64,000 nucleotides of DNA, from positions 2,914,001 through 2,978,000 of the forward strand of contig OZ281498.1 in assembly GCA_965637545.1 (NCBI GenBank). The letters run 5' to 3'. Below the pieces are notes generated by a model. The model saw nothing but the letters and a program-made list of their open reading frames with translations, searched no databases and was not told the origin of the DNA. Position 1 is the stretch's first letter. Every line of letters begins with the position of its first letter. The position numbers and the translations under genes were made by a program. Origin of the DNA: Phallusia mammillata (taxonomy: Eukaryota). This document shows, piece after piece, positions 11,233 through 25,002 of the stretch.

Positions 11233-13075
11233 AACTAAGCCAATAAGCCTGCTCTCAAACCTGTCAAAGGTAGTAGAAAGATTGGTTTACAATAGAGTAT
11301 ACTCATTCTTAATAACAACGAACTTTTTTTCCAACTCCCAGTTTGGATTTAGAAAGCAACACTCGACAAGCCATGTAACAACTAAATTAATAGCGGAAGT
11401 AACTGAGAATTTAAACAATAAAAATCACACATTAGGCATATTCCTATATTTGTCAAAGGCATTTGATACAATTGATCATAAAATTATGTTAAAAAAACTA
11501 TATGTATGTGGTATTAGAGAGGTGGCGCTTGACTGGTTTGAGAGCTATCTTGGAGGCCGATCACAGCATGTTTTCTATAATGATTTTATATCAACTAATA
11601 AACAAGATATTTCTTTAGGAGTTCCCCAAGGTTCCATTCTTGGTCCTCTGCTTTTTATTATATATGTTAATGACTTCCCAACTTGCCTACATTATGGCAC
11701 TCCTTTAATGTTTGCTGATGACACGACTATTATAGTAAGTGCTAAAACTAAAGACGAACTGGAAAAAAAGCTAATTTGGAAATGGAAACTATATATAACT
11801 GGTTAGTTGCCAACAAACTTACCCTAAATATAAGCAAGACAAAAACAATGGTGTTCCATTCAAGCGGACATCATACAATAAATGTAGCCATCAAAGGTCA
11901 GAGACTGGAACAGGTTAAATCGCTGTCATTTTTGGGTATAATTCTAAATGAAAGATTATCTTGGAGGAGCATGTTAATAAGCTTTACCAGACATGCAAGC
12001 GTAACCTTGCAATAGTAACAAAGGTAAAAAATTACTTACAAAAAGACACACTATTAAGCTTCTACCATTCCCTCATCATGTCACACATTCGATACTGCAT
12101 AATAAACTGGCATCATGGTCAATCAGTTCTTGTTTCAAAATTACAGGGTATCTGTAGTAAATTTATTAAAATCATTTTTGGTGTAAGGGGCTCTAAAAAC
12201 ATCGAACATGTGATGCGAAATAATGGCTTGTTAACAATAAAGCAGCTATATATGCTTGAAATATTAACGTTTATGTATAAGCATAATAACAACATGCTTC
12301 CAGCCATATTTGCTGATTTCTTTAAAGTAAGTCATAAAAACATTACCACACGTGCCAACTCAAACTACCTTAAACCTTATTATGGCACTAGTGTCAATCA
12401 GCAATCAATGCAATATATTGGTCCAAAAGCTTGGAATGACATTCCCGACCAACTTAGGAATGCAAACTCTACAAGACAGTTCATCACAAACGTCACTTCG
12501 TTTTGTTTGCACGAGTTTTGAGCACCGATTAGCTAAAAAAAATTTTACTTGTATTTTGTTTTGCATGTGCACATACACAAATAGTATTATCTTCAACACA
12601 CAACAAGTAGTACAGCGTTTATATTTACCTGTTGCCGCATTAATTGCACGTTATATTGTTTTACTTTTGCACCACTTGCTGGCTCGGGTATGGCCCTACG
12701 CTGCAACATAAGTTTTTTTACGATTGCCACCTTTTGTACAGTTCTGACTAAGTTAAACTACTCTCACCCACACGCTTGCAGTGTTTATATTTATACTTGC
12801 ACAAACTTCTGAATGTTATTTTTTTACTGAACACAAGTTGTTTTCACAAAAACATTTTCTACTTGGAGTGGTGTAGTCTTGTACATGTGTTGCTAATTAT
12901 TGCATTGCTTTTGTCCTGGAACCAGTTAACTGCTGCTGTTTGGTTGTTGTTGCAGGACTATCATAGATTAACCATCCTTCTGTCATCATAGAAAATTGTT
13001 TATGCTTTATTATTACTATTATTATTTTATTTTGTGTTAATTGTTTATGCTTTATTATTACTATTATTATTTTTT
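11233..13075 (+). mobile_element. 5'-truncated, frameshifted non-LTR retrotransposon (CR1 group, L2/Crack/Daphne-like): RT domain plus putative 3' UTR and TTA-rich tail
   Basis: RT motifs PISLLSNLSK, QFGFR, LSKAFDTIDH, GVPQGSILGPLLF, MFADDT, NKLTLNISKT and FLGIIL spread over three overlapping ORFs (11282-11806, 11776-12015, 11961-12521). Duplicated TTGTTTATGCTTTATTATTACTATTATTATTTT at the 3' end. Clade assignment is from motif memory only. Confidence 0.85.
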
Positions 13076-13194
13076 ACTTTAATCTTTGGACGTGTCTAAA
13101 CTAATATCCTTATTTAATTTAAACGACTAAATCAACTGCCAAAATACTCGTCAATAATTTTAACTGCAAGTGAGTCCAAAGTTAACTATTAATG

Positions 13195-13602
13195 GCGACT
13201 AGGGATTTGTTGTGTGTTCTTCCTTCCGGCGCTTGAAACTATCCGGCAGGGTTTCTTTCGGTGGTTTCTTTTCCTGTCGAACCCCATCCTCTTTCCCTAA
13301 CACGGGTGGTTAGATTCTAGGGCCCCCGCGACTGGTCCCACCATTGTTTTCCCCCCAGTCGTGTTATACTCACTCTGCGCCACACTCACTTTCTTGTGAG
13401 CACCTGACACATAACGCCTTATAATACGGTGTAGCTGCAGCGCGTTCAACTACTATCCACCAATGGTGCCCGACACTTTTTTGCGCTTCATAACGTCTTA
13501 ACATTGCGCAGCTATTTCCGGCTTGGTGATTGTTTTAGTGCAACTGTGTTGCTATGTTGTCTTTAACCAAGCGAAATAAACTCAACTCAACTCAACTCAA
13601 CT
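13195..13602 (+). mobile_element. SINE-like (or LINE 3'-UTR) repeat ending in an (AACTC)n tail; partial copies at about 19372-19535(-), 40240-40365(+), 49905-50032(+), 62907-63010(-)
   Basis: Shared core GCGCAGCTATTTCCGGCTTG(G/A)TGATTGTTTT...GCGAAATAAACTCAA seen in several copies in both orientations; four AACTC units at 13579-13602. The 5' boundary is uncertain. Confidence 0.6.
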
Positions 13603-15974
13603 ATAAGGACAAAAAAACTGAGTTGGCCGAGGCGGACAAAGTTTTCATACTTTACCCGGCAACCCTTGGCACGCGTACTAAGGTTGGCACTCAAAGTGAT
13701 TTTTGATGGCACGCCAACCGATTTGCTTGTTTATAATAAAGTACTAATTTAAACAGTCGCATAGCTTGTTTTCAGTTGTTTGTTAGTCTTAAAACCCAGC
13801 GTACACGCACAAATTTGACTGCTTTTTGTTTACTATTGATATATTATTCAGAGAAAATGTTGTCACGCGAGGCCATTGCCACATGGAAATGACAAGTAAA
13901 CTGGCACCCGTCGCTTAAACGGTTGCCGACCCCTTTTACGCCGACCAAAAAAATAGTATGTTATAAAGTTCTAAATCAACGATTCGTTTCACAACACTTG
14001 TTTTGTAGATATTTCCGGTTTGGTAAATAACTCAACACACGATAAAGCGAATTACTTTTAGTCACAGAACGATGTTTCACCTTTTTGCAAAGTTTCATTC
14101 TGACTGCACTACTACTAAAGTAGAACGAAACTTCGCAAAAAGATTTCAAGCAAAGAATATTTGTTTGTTATCATCTACAAAATTTTACCTCCACTTAAGA
14201 AATGCCACCAAATCGCGTAATAGCGAATTCCAACCTTTTAAGAAGCAGAAAACGCAGAGCGAAGCTGGTTATCTAACCTTCTTACAAGCAAACAAATCAC
14301 TTCATGTAGTGTAATGTAAAGGGCATGATGTTATGCTCACATGATCAATGCTTGTACTTACAAGGTTCTATCTAAATGGCACAAAATACTGTGTAAAATA
14401 TCTTGTGACTGATGACGTCTGTCAACGCCTTCATAGCATGTTGCAGTGGAATCCCACGATATAGGGTAAGGGTCATGTTGTTGAAATTAGTTATATAGCA
14501 AGCTGTTTAGGTAACTTATTTTGCATATCCATAACAGTTTACTAGCGAACATATCCATACCAATGTTAAATGACTTTAAATAGGCAACGCTGCTGGCATT
14601 ACGCCTAAACTTATTGCATTACTTTCGCTAGTAAACTGTTTGTTCTAAATGTTTAAGTGCTCTGTTTTCAGGTAATTTAAATAAATATTTCTAAAATAAA
14701 TGCACGACTAACTGTTTATATTATCAAGTTGTTTCCCAATGCATTAGAAATACACTAATATGCCTTACTCAACAGCACAGAGTGCATGGTTGCGCACAAT
14801 TGCCATATGCCCCAGTTCAAACAAAGCTGTGTTGTCAACAAATGCTCAACACGTAAGGAGAATTGGTGCATTCCTAAGCAGCGATTGAAATATTTCATCA
14901 TGCTATTTTTTGCAGTGTGCCAGAGTCCAATTTCAATTAACGGGCGGGTTCAGATTTCAATTTGAAACCTTTAATTCAGGGTTGAATGACCTCCAGGATT
15001 ATGACCAGCTGAAAAATAAATTTGCTTATTTTTCAAAAAATTTCAACTTTCACCTGATTGGAATCGAGTCCAATGTTTAGGCCAGCAACAACAAGTTACA
15101 ACAAACACAACAAAAAGACGTAAGTCAAGTTCATAACAAAACATGTCGTCATACAACTTGACTTTTGTCTGCATGTACAGCAGCCACGAAACGTAATTTA
15201 ATATGGGAAAATACGTGCAAAAACGTTTCTTTCAAAGAACTGTTTGTTTCAAAAAGTATGTGAAACACATTGCGTTGTAGCCGTCTATTCCAGTCACCTT
15301 CATATTTACTTTATCCTGGAGAATACGTTGCTATTTACTTTCTAAGGTTTCGGCACTCACGTAACCATATCGGGCTTTGCGATGCCCTGAAGCTTTATTA
15401 CACTTGACCGAACCAGGGCCGCTTTATTCAAACTGACACCCAAAGCGGATCCACCCGCTTTACAACACTACCTTACGTCATCGTCCACAAACTGCTGAGT
15501 AACCGGTGCATCGACCTCGTTTCGCTCTGTCGCCGTCACGTTGTTTACGCGGGTTAAACTTTCGCCTAGATATTATTATACGGCGTCTTCATCACGCGTT
15601 ACACACGTGGGTATCAGCTATAAAAGCAATAGTCGGAGACTGAATTTTCGCCGTTTTGCAAAGCACGAATAGAGGACAACATATAAATGGTGTTTTATGT
15701 AGTTAGGTTTGTGCAATTGTGTGCTTTCGATCTGATAAATAATCGACCAAAAATTTCAATGACGTGGACAAAAAAGGGGGGTATTTTTTACATGAGTAGG
15801 CGAAAGATACCTCTCTGGCTCATCAAAGAGGTGATTTCAATCAGTACAATCACACAAGCTATTCTGGTCTTTAAACAGTCTGATTTTAGTAGCCCAAGCT
15901 TGTTTGACAGTCAAGGTTGTTTGAATTTCACAGAACTTTGTCAAAAAGGTTGTACCTGCATTTTAGTGCTTACA

Positions 15975-18900
15975 ATGAATTTTGCCGGTAACTACTTTTT
16001 CGAAACTGTAAACTTCCAACAATGGAACCAAACCGAGTTTTTACTTGGTATCGCCGTTTTTGTGTTGTTTTACTACTGGTACCGAAAACCCCCGGGTTTT
16101 CCCCGTGGCCCCAGAGGTGTCCCTATGCTAGGGGTGGTTCCATTTATGGGTAATTTTTTTCCGAGAACTTTGCGTGACTGGAGCAAGAAGTACGGAACGA
16201 TAATGGGTGTGAGAATTGGAAGAAGAGAGGCGGTTGTGTTAAACGACTTTGAGACAATACAAGAGGTTAAGTTCAAGCTTTTTATACAGTGTGTAATTTG
16301 GGAATCTTAAGCAGTACAAAAAAAGAAAGAAAATACGGTTATAAAAGAAAGTTCAGTAGATCTTCAATCCTAAAATAGAAACACATATTTTCTTCTTGCT
16401 GTTTGTATCATAAAAATTTCGGCAATTTGACACTTGATCTTTTTATAATTAACAAAAAAAAAGTAATTTAAAACAGTAGTTTTGAACTTTTACAACATGT
16501 ACTGAACTAGCACGATAACACCCATAGCTTTGTGTTTTTACGGTTAACCTAGATTGCTCTGTTACAGAGGTTCATGCATTGCAGGGTTTAGTGAAGAACA
16601 AGGATGCCTTCTCCGGTCGTCCGATTAATCCGGTGTTATCTAAACATTTTCACGGAATCGTTGCACGTAACAACGACCCAACATGGGAATCGATGCGTCG
16701 ATTTGGAATTACAACTTTGCGAGGGTAAACTTGATCATCGATGTTATGTGTTTTTAAAGCATGGTTGTATCTTGCTAGTTAAGATTTGAAATTAGGGACA
16801 TTTTTTCTTATGTGGGGTTAAATCTATTTTTTTAAATTTAGTCCCGGCGTTTTCAGACTGGTGCAGTGTTTTGGTACAAATTTCAGGTCTGCTAATAATT
16901 TGGTTGCAATAAACTAAATCAAAAATCTGCGTCAGAAATTTCACATCGATAAACATACTGCACTTCATATTAAGCAAAATTAACAGGCCTTCTTGACTGA
17001 TCCGTTTCGTAACATTTGCATCAACGTAAAATTCTAAATCGGATGGAAACTGTTGCACGGTGTACTCTAGAGTCTACTAGACCTTACTATTTGGCATGAA
17101 TTAAGATCTTTTGTGCTTTAACATAAACGTAATACTTTAAAAAAGCTATTTGCTGAGTCAGTTTTTTAGATTTAGCCATTTAGGCTACATTAGCAAAAGT
17201 ACGCTATATTTGTTATGTTGCGATACAATTGTCTCCAGATACGGTGTTGGCAAGAGAAGCATGGAGGAAAAAGTGCAAGAAGAGGTCGGACATTTGAACG
17301 AAGTCATTCAACGCATGGAAGGAAAAGCTTTTGATATTCGAGTAAATGATAAGAGTTGTTTGCACAGTTTGAAATGTTTGCATAGAACCACAAACACGTA
17401 ACTTTATTGTTTACTTTTCATAGGCCCTACGACTTCGAAAGCGAAGTTGGTAGCAACTACCTAAAGTTGTATAATGTTGTTTTCAGCAAAAATGCTATCA
17501 ATAGGTTATGCTGACAAGGCATAAATCACATTCATTGTGATTGTAATTTAATTATAAACACTACTGCCTGAGTACATGTGTACAGTATATAAAACACATT
17601 ATGAAGACGTTTCAACAGTTACTGTTTTCACCATCAGTGCAACTAATGTATTTGTATTCTAGGTATTGTATTCTACAATGTATTCTAACAAGTACTCTGG
17701 CAGCTGTGTTTTTTATTGAATTACTCTTCAAGTCCTTGTATAGTGTTCCTAATTAGAAGTTTTTGTTTGCTAAAACGATAAAGTTACGCAAGCCTAAAAC
17801 GAATTCTTATATTTGCAAAGGTGAAATCAAAATTGTTGCATTTTAGCTTGCCTTATCGAATGCTGTTTCAAACAACATATGCAGCGTTATCTTCGGACAA
17901 AGATTTGAATACGACGATAAAAAGTTTCAAGAAATGATGAACAATATATCAGATATGTAAGCAATTTGTTTGGTACATAGGCTTTGCAATGCAACAAGTC
18001 TGTGTTAAATTGTAGAAGCACCATGCGGTTTTAACAGAATTAATTTCTCTTTACGATTTTTATTAGATTATTATTAGTAAGTAATCCCAAATGTTTGCTT
18101 AGGTATTGATATTCTTCTAGGTTAAGGAAACACGTTACTAAAAAGGCTGGTGGATTCAATTTTTTAAATTTTATGTTTAGTGATTATAGTTAAACTTTAA
18201 CAACTCGACCCCTTAACAATTAATTACCACACTTTCCTTAAAAGTAATTCGATTTTGTGTCAAGTTTGTTACCTAACACTGGTTGTTTTGTTCTGTAACA
18301 GACTCTCCCATCCTGACGTAACGAAAACAGTGCGAACAGTGCTGTTTCTGCCATTTCTCGCAAGAACACCTTTTCTCGCCAACGGCCTACAGAATATGAT
18401 GAAGTTACATTTAAGTGTGTTCGGTAAGTTGTAAGTAGCTGTGAAAAATTCAATTTTCCAAAAAAACTCGGAAAAACAGCAACAACACAAAATTTAATTG
18501 ATATTCCAGATTTCGTTGCTAACATCATCTCAAACCACAAGAAAACTTTCGACCCTGATAACTTACGTGATGTAATTGATGCCTACATTGCTGAAATTTT
18601 AAAGGAAAAGAAGTATTTCTCGGTAAGTTGAAGTTTTCACCTAGTAATTCAGAAACAGTTTTGGATTAAATCTGGTGCTTGCATAGTTTGCCATCTTTGT
18701 TACTCGCACATTCTTTTGTGCAAATTTCTTACAATGGCTCTATGGTCAAGTACCCCATTTGGAATAATACAACATAGTTAAGAGGCATAGTTGACCATAT
18801 GAACATGTTTTGTGCATGGAATTAGATAATAATTAATCTCACATTAGTTAAATCCCAAGTTTGTAGGTTCGAATTCTAAGCTGACCTCATTTTTCAAAAG

Positions 18901-20396
18901 TACTTTATAGATGCCCAAACTAGTAGTTAAAACAAATTAGTAGTTTGAGAACTTAAAAATACATTAACACAACTTTGTTTTTCCAAAAATAAAAAATAAA
19001 CCGAACCAACGAATGACCAATTGCGCCTCAAGCGGCCACCTAGGTCGTCCGATAAAAAATACAAAACGAGCCTAAACAGCAATTTGCGTCACAAACTATC
19101 AGTTAGTTGTTCGTAATCGACATTTGTTTGCAAAACTGTTTAACATTTGTTAGAATTTTCATGCGTACTTTAAAATCAAAACTACACTTTGCAGGATGAT
19201 AATCTTCTTCACTTTATTCGCGACCTTTTTATTGCTGGAACCGAAACTACAACGTCCACTCTGAGATGGGGAATCTTGTGTTTGCTTCACTACCCTGAGG
19301 AACATAGAAAGATGTATCAGGAAATCCACAAAGTACTCGGTAGGGGTTTATGTCCAATTTTATTGGATTAAGTTGAGTTTATTTTGCTCGGTGAAACAAC
19401 AACCAGAAAGACAATGGCGCCAAATTGTTAACTAAGGCAATAATAGCTGCACAACATTGAAATGTTTCAAAGCGCGACAAAGTAGATCGCACAATTGGTT
19501 GAAAGATGATAAAAGCAACTATGTTACAATAAAGCGGGTTGATGAAGTATAAATCATCTATTTTGAAAAAAAAATTGTATTTTTATGATTGTATTTCTGA
19601 AAAAAGGCCAAGAATAAAATGATTGTTGTAAGAAATACAGGGGCCCAACTGCCTTTGTTTCTTTGTTTTAGGTATTGTTTTTTACCCAGTTCCGTATATT
19701 ACCGGGCTTTGCCGGTGTCCCCGACTCTTATCTGCATTTGCTCTGCACAAGCTCTGAAATTTAACTTGGCAAATGCTTTCTCAAGGTCATGACGGGGTCG
19801 TGTCAATGTCACATCGAAGTGAACTTCCCTACACACAAGCTTTTATCGAGGAAGTTTACAGATACCGAACATTGGCACCACTTTCTCTCCAACATGAAAC
19901 GACAGAAGACACCACGTTGAGGGGATTTTTTATTCCAAAAGGAACAAGCGTAAGTATTTATACCAAAAATACGTAGGATTCCAGTATGTTTGCCCAAATT
20001 AGAAGATTGCCTCCAAGTTGGAAGGGTGAAACTCAAATTTCAAATGATATAAATATTGATATACTTTCATGAAACAAGATTGTGCCCAACATTTGGGCTG
20101 TGCACAACGACCCGAAGATTTTTAACCAACCAGAACGCTTCATTCCCGAACGTCATCTCGACGATCAACGCCGATTCGTCAAGTCTCATCACGTGATCCC
20201 GTTCTCGGTTGGACCTCGTCATTGTCTGGGAGAGCAACTGGCCAGAATGGAAGTTTTCATATTTTTCGTCAGTCTTGTGCAGAAATTTGAGTTTCTTCCT
20301 GACCCTGAGACGGGGGAGTTACCCGATATCGATGCCGGAGGTGGTATCAATGGTTTCATACCACCTCCCTATGCGATTGTTGCTGAAGAACGTTAA
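15975..20396 (+). CDS. Cytochrome P450, CYP2 clan, 501 aa, 9 exons: 15975-16265, 16585-16724, 17239-17341, 17847-17956, 18302-18423, 18510-18622, 19195-19339, 19786-19949, 20079-20396
   Basis: All introns are GT-AG and the phases splice into one open frame. N-terminal anchor plus PPGFPRGP hinge, WxxxRRF C-helix, AGTETT I-helix, ExxR (EVYR), PERH, and haem motif [10 protein letters not shown]. Confidence 0.92.
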
Positions 20397-21035
20397 TGTG
20401 ATGCCTTTTGTGGTTGACTATATTTCAAAACTAATTCCGTATTTTTCACCCACTAGTTGAAGCAATTTGCGTCATCAGTTTTAAAATATGTTCGCTAATT
20501 TAATCACCAAATATTGTGTATTCTATGTACCGTGCTTCAATATATTTGTAAACATTCATTGTTTTTCGCTCTATATTAAATTGTTTGGGATGAAATTTGT
20601 CATTAATGCTTCAGTTTGAATTCCTTCCCAAAATATGAATTTGCATTCTAAACCAATCCAAGCGATAGCATAAAAATGCTTGCCTGGCTGTTTTCCCTGA
20701 CTCGTTAAAATGAACAAGATTAAAACAATAAATTTAGCAAAATTGTGACTTCACCAATATAGAGAAGCCTTTTCACCAAGTGGCGAAGTCGCGTTTAAAG
20801 ACTTTTTCTCAAAATATGAAACCTTCTTACGTCATATTTATCCTTTACACGCTTGATCCAGTTCGGTGACGTCACGATCAATCAGCTTTCGTGTGTCACC
20901 CGTGTGTCCTTTTCTTCTCAAGTGAATTGCCTTGTGTAGTTGGTGGAGTGCGCAGTGGAAGGCTGGCGTTGTTGCAAGGTAAATTTCAAGTTTAAAGTTT
21001 ATCGAGCTAGAAGACGGTATATAAAGCTCTTAGAG

Positions 21036-21871
21036 CAATGGTTTTCAAACTTTTTTGACCGCGACCCAAATCTGAGTTTTATGAACATCTCACGACCCAA
21101 GCCTCAAACATCAAAAAATGTATTTTTTTCTGATATGCACGAAAAAAGACGCAGACAACCAGTTGCATGTACACAGTACTATGAAACAATGACTTATTAC
21201 AAATAAATGATTGATTTATTTTAGTGTGTTTGATGAAACTGAAATTTTTCCTTCAAAAATCTTCAGTGCACGGCTCTATTTTTCAGTCAAGAGACCACTT
21301 GATATTTTATATTCGGTGAACGGTCTGTGATTTGACTTTTAACTGTGCTGTTCTGTAACGAGACGGACTGCAATTTCGAGGCCACGTCTTGCCTGCATAG
21401 GAGTTTGCACTTGTCGAAATGGCTGTCGGCTTAACGAGCTCGATTCGTTCGACAACGGTGCATAACACAAAAGACATTGTGGCTTTGCAGCACCATGATC
21501 ATTGATAGAAGTGAATCCCACATCTAAAACGTTTCCTTGTACGAATAATTACTCATCCTTAAACGCTTACTGTTATATCTCCAAGTTCAGTTTCGCACGA
21601 TGAACTTGTCTTATTATTTCCCGTGCTTTGACGTTACAATCGCCGTGTGCGTAGAAGTTGGAAGGCTATTGTCGTATGTGGTCTGTATGTGGTAATGGTT
21701 GGTTCATTTTACTGTACAACGTGGTCGAGTGAGGTGACTTTACTACTACTGCATTAAGTTAGTTCGTTTGTGTTTACTTAATGCAGTAATAGTTCGTTCG
21801 GGCAGAATTGAACCACCACATAACGCGACCCATTTTTTGACCCTGGGCGACCCATACTTTGAGAACCACTG
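21036..21871 (-). mobile_element. Internally deleted hAT (Buster/Charlie-type) DNA transposon
   Basis: TIRs CAATGGTTTTCAAA...TTTGAGAACCACTG; perfect 8-bp TSD TCTTAGAG (21028-21035, 21872-21879) with central TA. Minus-strand remnant GFTSINDHGAAKPQCLLCYAPLSNES resembles the N-terminus of Buster-type transposases. Confidence 0.85.
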
Positions 21872-21902
21872 TCTTAGAGTGTTCGCAAGCTCGATTGACA
21901 AC

Positions 21903-21944
21903 CTACACTGATGATGACAACAGTGATAGTTGAAACGTCTGCAT
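21903..21944 (+). ncRNA. Degenerate minimal type I hammerhead ribozyme motif (Penelope-like, palindromic ACGT helix III)
   Basis: CTACA-CTGATGA-T-GAC(AACAGTGATA)GTT-GAA-ACGT-C-TGCA. Core intact; stems I and II weak. Confidence 0.4.
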
Positions 21945-23167
21945 GATATATTCTATATACATAAGTTCTCAGGTAGTTATGTTTTCGGTTAGATTACTCT
22001 TCAAGTCTGTGTATAGTGTTGCCAAATTTGTAGTTGTTCTTTACTTTGTTGTTGCAGTTAAGTAATATTTACATTTTTGTGTATTTTTTTCTTCAACCAA
22101 AGTTATTGATTCATTTGTGTAACTTAGTCAAAATCGCTTCTGGTAAATGTGTATGAGCCCGCAAGCTACGCAATATATGGCAGTGTTCTTTACCACTGAG
22201 ACGCGATCACGCGGATATTTTTACTTGTACCATTTTGTCAACTAGCGCACACTACGAAGCACTGAAAATAGTTTGTAACTTGAGTTGACTGAGTAACTAA
22301 GTTAACATAGCTGAATAATGACATCTAATAAAAAACGACAAGAGTAAGGTAAACAGAAAAATAAGCGGCATTAATTTTATGTCTTGTTGCGACTTGGCAA
22401 ATCGTGGCTTAGCCCGCTGCATTTAGAAGGTTGCCGAACCTTCAAGACCAAATCCATGACAAATCTTGACTTAGACCTCATTTCGAAATATGCGATCGTT
22501 TGCTCATGTTGAAGTTCGACGCATGTTAAACTTGAACTCAGACACAGCGGAGCCTACGTTACGTCTCATATGGGGAGCTGTCGTAAAAGCTACAATGCGC
22601 GACAAGAAATGTCACCGTTAAACAAAGCACTTACAGAGGAAGACGTATTGATAAGTTCTTTTTAGTTTGTTTTGCGACGACCCATAAATTAAGTATAAGC
22701 GAAGCTTAGTTCGAAGTTTCTTGCTAAAAGAATTCTAAAAAAAGTCAGAAACTTTCCACGATTATGCAATAAAGTACGATAATTAGTTATGAAAAGGCTT
22801 TGTTAATTTTTGTATTCGACAACCAAGCCGTTCTAATTAGCGCGTCGGAGGTTTGAGAAAAACTAACTTAGATGACTTCCGTTGTGTTGAGTTTCATGAA
22901 CGCAAGTTTGTGCAACGTTTCTAAATTTGTCCTAATTTGTTAGGACTGTTTGGCATTAGGTCAAGCCCAGCCACTGGCTACTCAGCTAGTTTAATTTATT
23001 AAAACAGAATACTGACACAGTGTGTAATGTTCCCGTTTTATTTAGAAGAAATCCAAGCCCGAATCCGACTCGAAACGCCCGGCCTGACAAATCTGCTTCA
23101 GGGCATTGGATTATGACTGCATTTGGAAAACGTCGACGTCGAGGTTGTTCTCCGATTGTTTACCCAT

Positions 23168-24995
23168 GTTGAACCTCAATGAACCTTGACGCTTGTTGAA
23201 CCTTGACGCATGTCGAACCTTGACGCTTGGTGAACCTTGACGCTTGTCGAAATTTGACGCATACCGAATCTTGACGCTTATTGAACCTTGACGCTTGTTA
23301 AGCTTTGACGCTTGTTACACCTTTACGCTTGTTGAACCTTGAGGCTTGTTAAACTTTGACGCATGTCGAAACTTGACGCTTGGTGAACCTTGACGCTTGT
23401 TAAACTTTGGCGAAGGTTAAACTATGACCTTTGTTGAACTTGACCTTGACGCTTGTTGAACCTTGTGACTTGTTGAACCTTCTTATTGTTGAGTCTTGAC
23501 CTGTGTTGAACCTTGACGTTTGTCGACCCGTGACGCTTGTTGAACCTTGATGCTTGTTGAACCTTGACGCTTGTTGAGTCTGGACGCTTAATGAACCTTG
23601 ACGTTTCTCGAACCTTGACGCTTGTTGACCCTTGACCTTTGTTGAACCTTGACGCTTGTGCCTCCTACGGAACCTTCTTGTTGAATTTTGACGCTGGTTG
23701 AACCTTGACGCTTGTTGACGCTTGACCCAGGTTGAATCTTGACGCTTGTTGAACCTTGACGCTTGTTGTACCTTGATGCTCTTTGAACTTTGACGCTGGT
23801 TGAAACTAGAGACTGGTTGAACCTTGGCGCATGTTGAACCTTGACGCTTGTTCAACTTTGACGCTTGTTGAACCTTGACGCTTGTTCAACTTTGACGCTT
23901 GTTGAACCTTGACGCTTGTTCAACTTTGACGCTTGTTGAACTTTGACGATGGTTGAACCTTGACGCTTGTTGAGCCTTGACGCTTGTTGAACTTGACGCT
24001 TGTTGGAACTTGACGCTTGTTGGAACTTGACGCTTGTTGGAACTTGACGCTTGTTGAATCTTGACGCTTGTTGGAACTTGACGCTTGTTGGAACTTGACG
24101 CTTGTTGGAACTTGACGCTTGTTGAATCTTGACGCTTGTTGGAACTTGACGCTTGTTGAACCTTGACGCTTGTTGAAACTTGACGCTTGTTGAACCTTGA
24201 CGCTTGTTGGAACTTGACGCTTGTTGGAACTTGACGCTTGTTGAATCTTGACGCTTGTTGGAACTTGACGCTTGTTGGAACTTGACGCTTGTTGGAACTT
24301 GACGCTTGTTGAATCTTGACGCTTGTTGGAACTTGACGCTTGTTGAACCTTGACGCTTGTTGAAACTTGACGCTTGTTGAACCTTGACGCTTGTTGGAAC
24401 TTGACGCTTGTTGAAACTTGACGCTTGTTGAAACTTGACGCTTGTTGAACCTTGATGCCTGCTGAGCCTTGACGCGTGTTGAACCTTGACGCTTGTTGGA
24501 ACTTGACGCTTGTTGGAACTTGACGCTTGTTGGATCTTGACGCTTGTTGGAACTTGACGCTTGTTGGAACTTGACGCTTGTTGGAACTTGACGCTTGTTG
24601 AACCTTGACGCTTGTTGAACCTTGACGCTTGTTGAACCTTGACGCTTGTTGAACCTTGATGTTTGTTGAATCTTGATGCTTGTCGAACCTTGACGCTTGT
24701 TGAACCTTGATGTTTGTTGAATCTTGATGCTTGTCGAACTTTGACGCTTGTCGAACTTTGGCGCGTGTTGAACCTTCAGGCTTGTTGAACCTTTTAGCTT
24801 GTTGGACCTTGATGTTTGTTAAGGCTTGACGCTTGTCGAACCTTGACGCTTGTTGAACCTTGCCGTTTGTTGAACCTTGCCGTTTAATGAACCTTGACGC
24901 TTGTCGAACCTTGACGTTTGTGGAACTTTGGCAAATGTTGAAACTTGACGTTGTTGAACCTTGACCTTGACGCTCGCTGACCTGCGACGTTTGTT
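23168..24995. repeat. 17-bp satellite, consensus GTTGAACCTTGACGCTT (about 105 units), homogeneous centre and diverged edges
   Basis: Read directly from the sequence; variants GGAAC/GAATC/GAAAC/GAACC alternate in the central part. Confidence 0.95.
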
Positions 24996-25002
24996 GAAAG
25001 CT

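Noticed and set aside
15687-15974. N-terminal extension of the 207-aa ORF upstream of the CYP start
   Set aside because: The paralog and the P450 membrane anchor place the start at ATG 15975; the extension is not conserved in copy A.
23400-23855. 151-aa Q/R/S-rich ORF on the minus strand
   Set aside because: It is a translation of the 17-bp satellite, with no splice or domain evidence.
23168-24995. Regular short repeats suggestive of a CRISPR array
   Set aside because: The units are head-to-tail with no unique spacers, the context is eukaryotic, and there are no cas genes.
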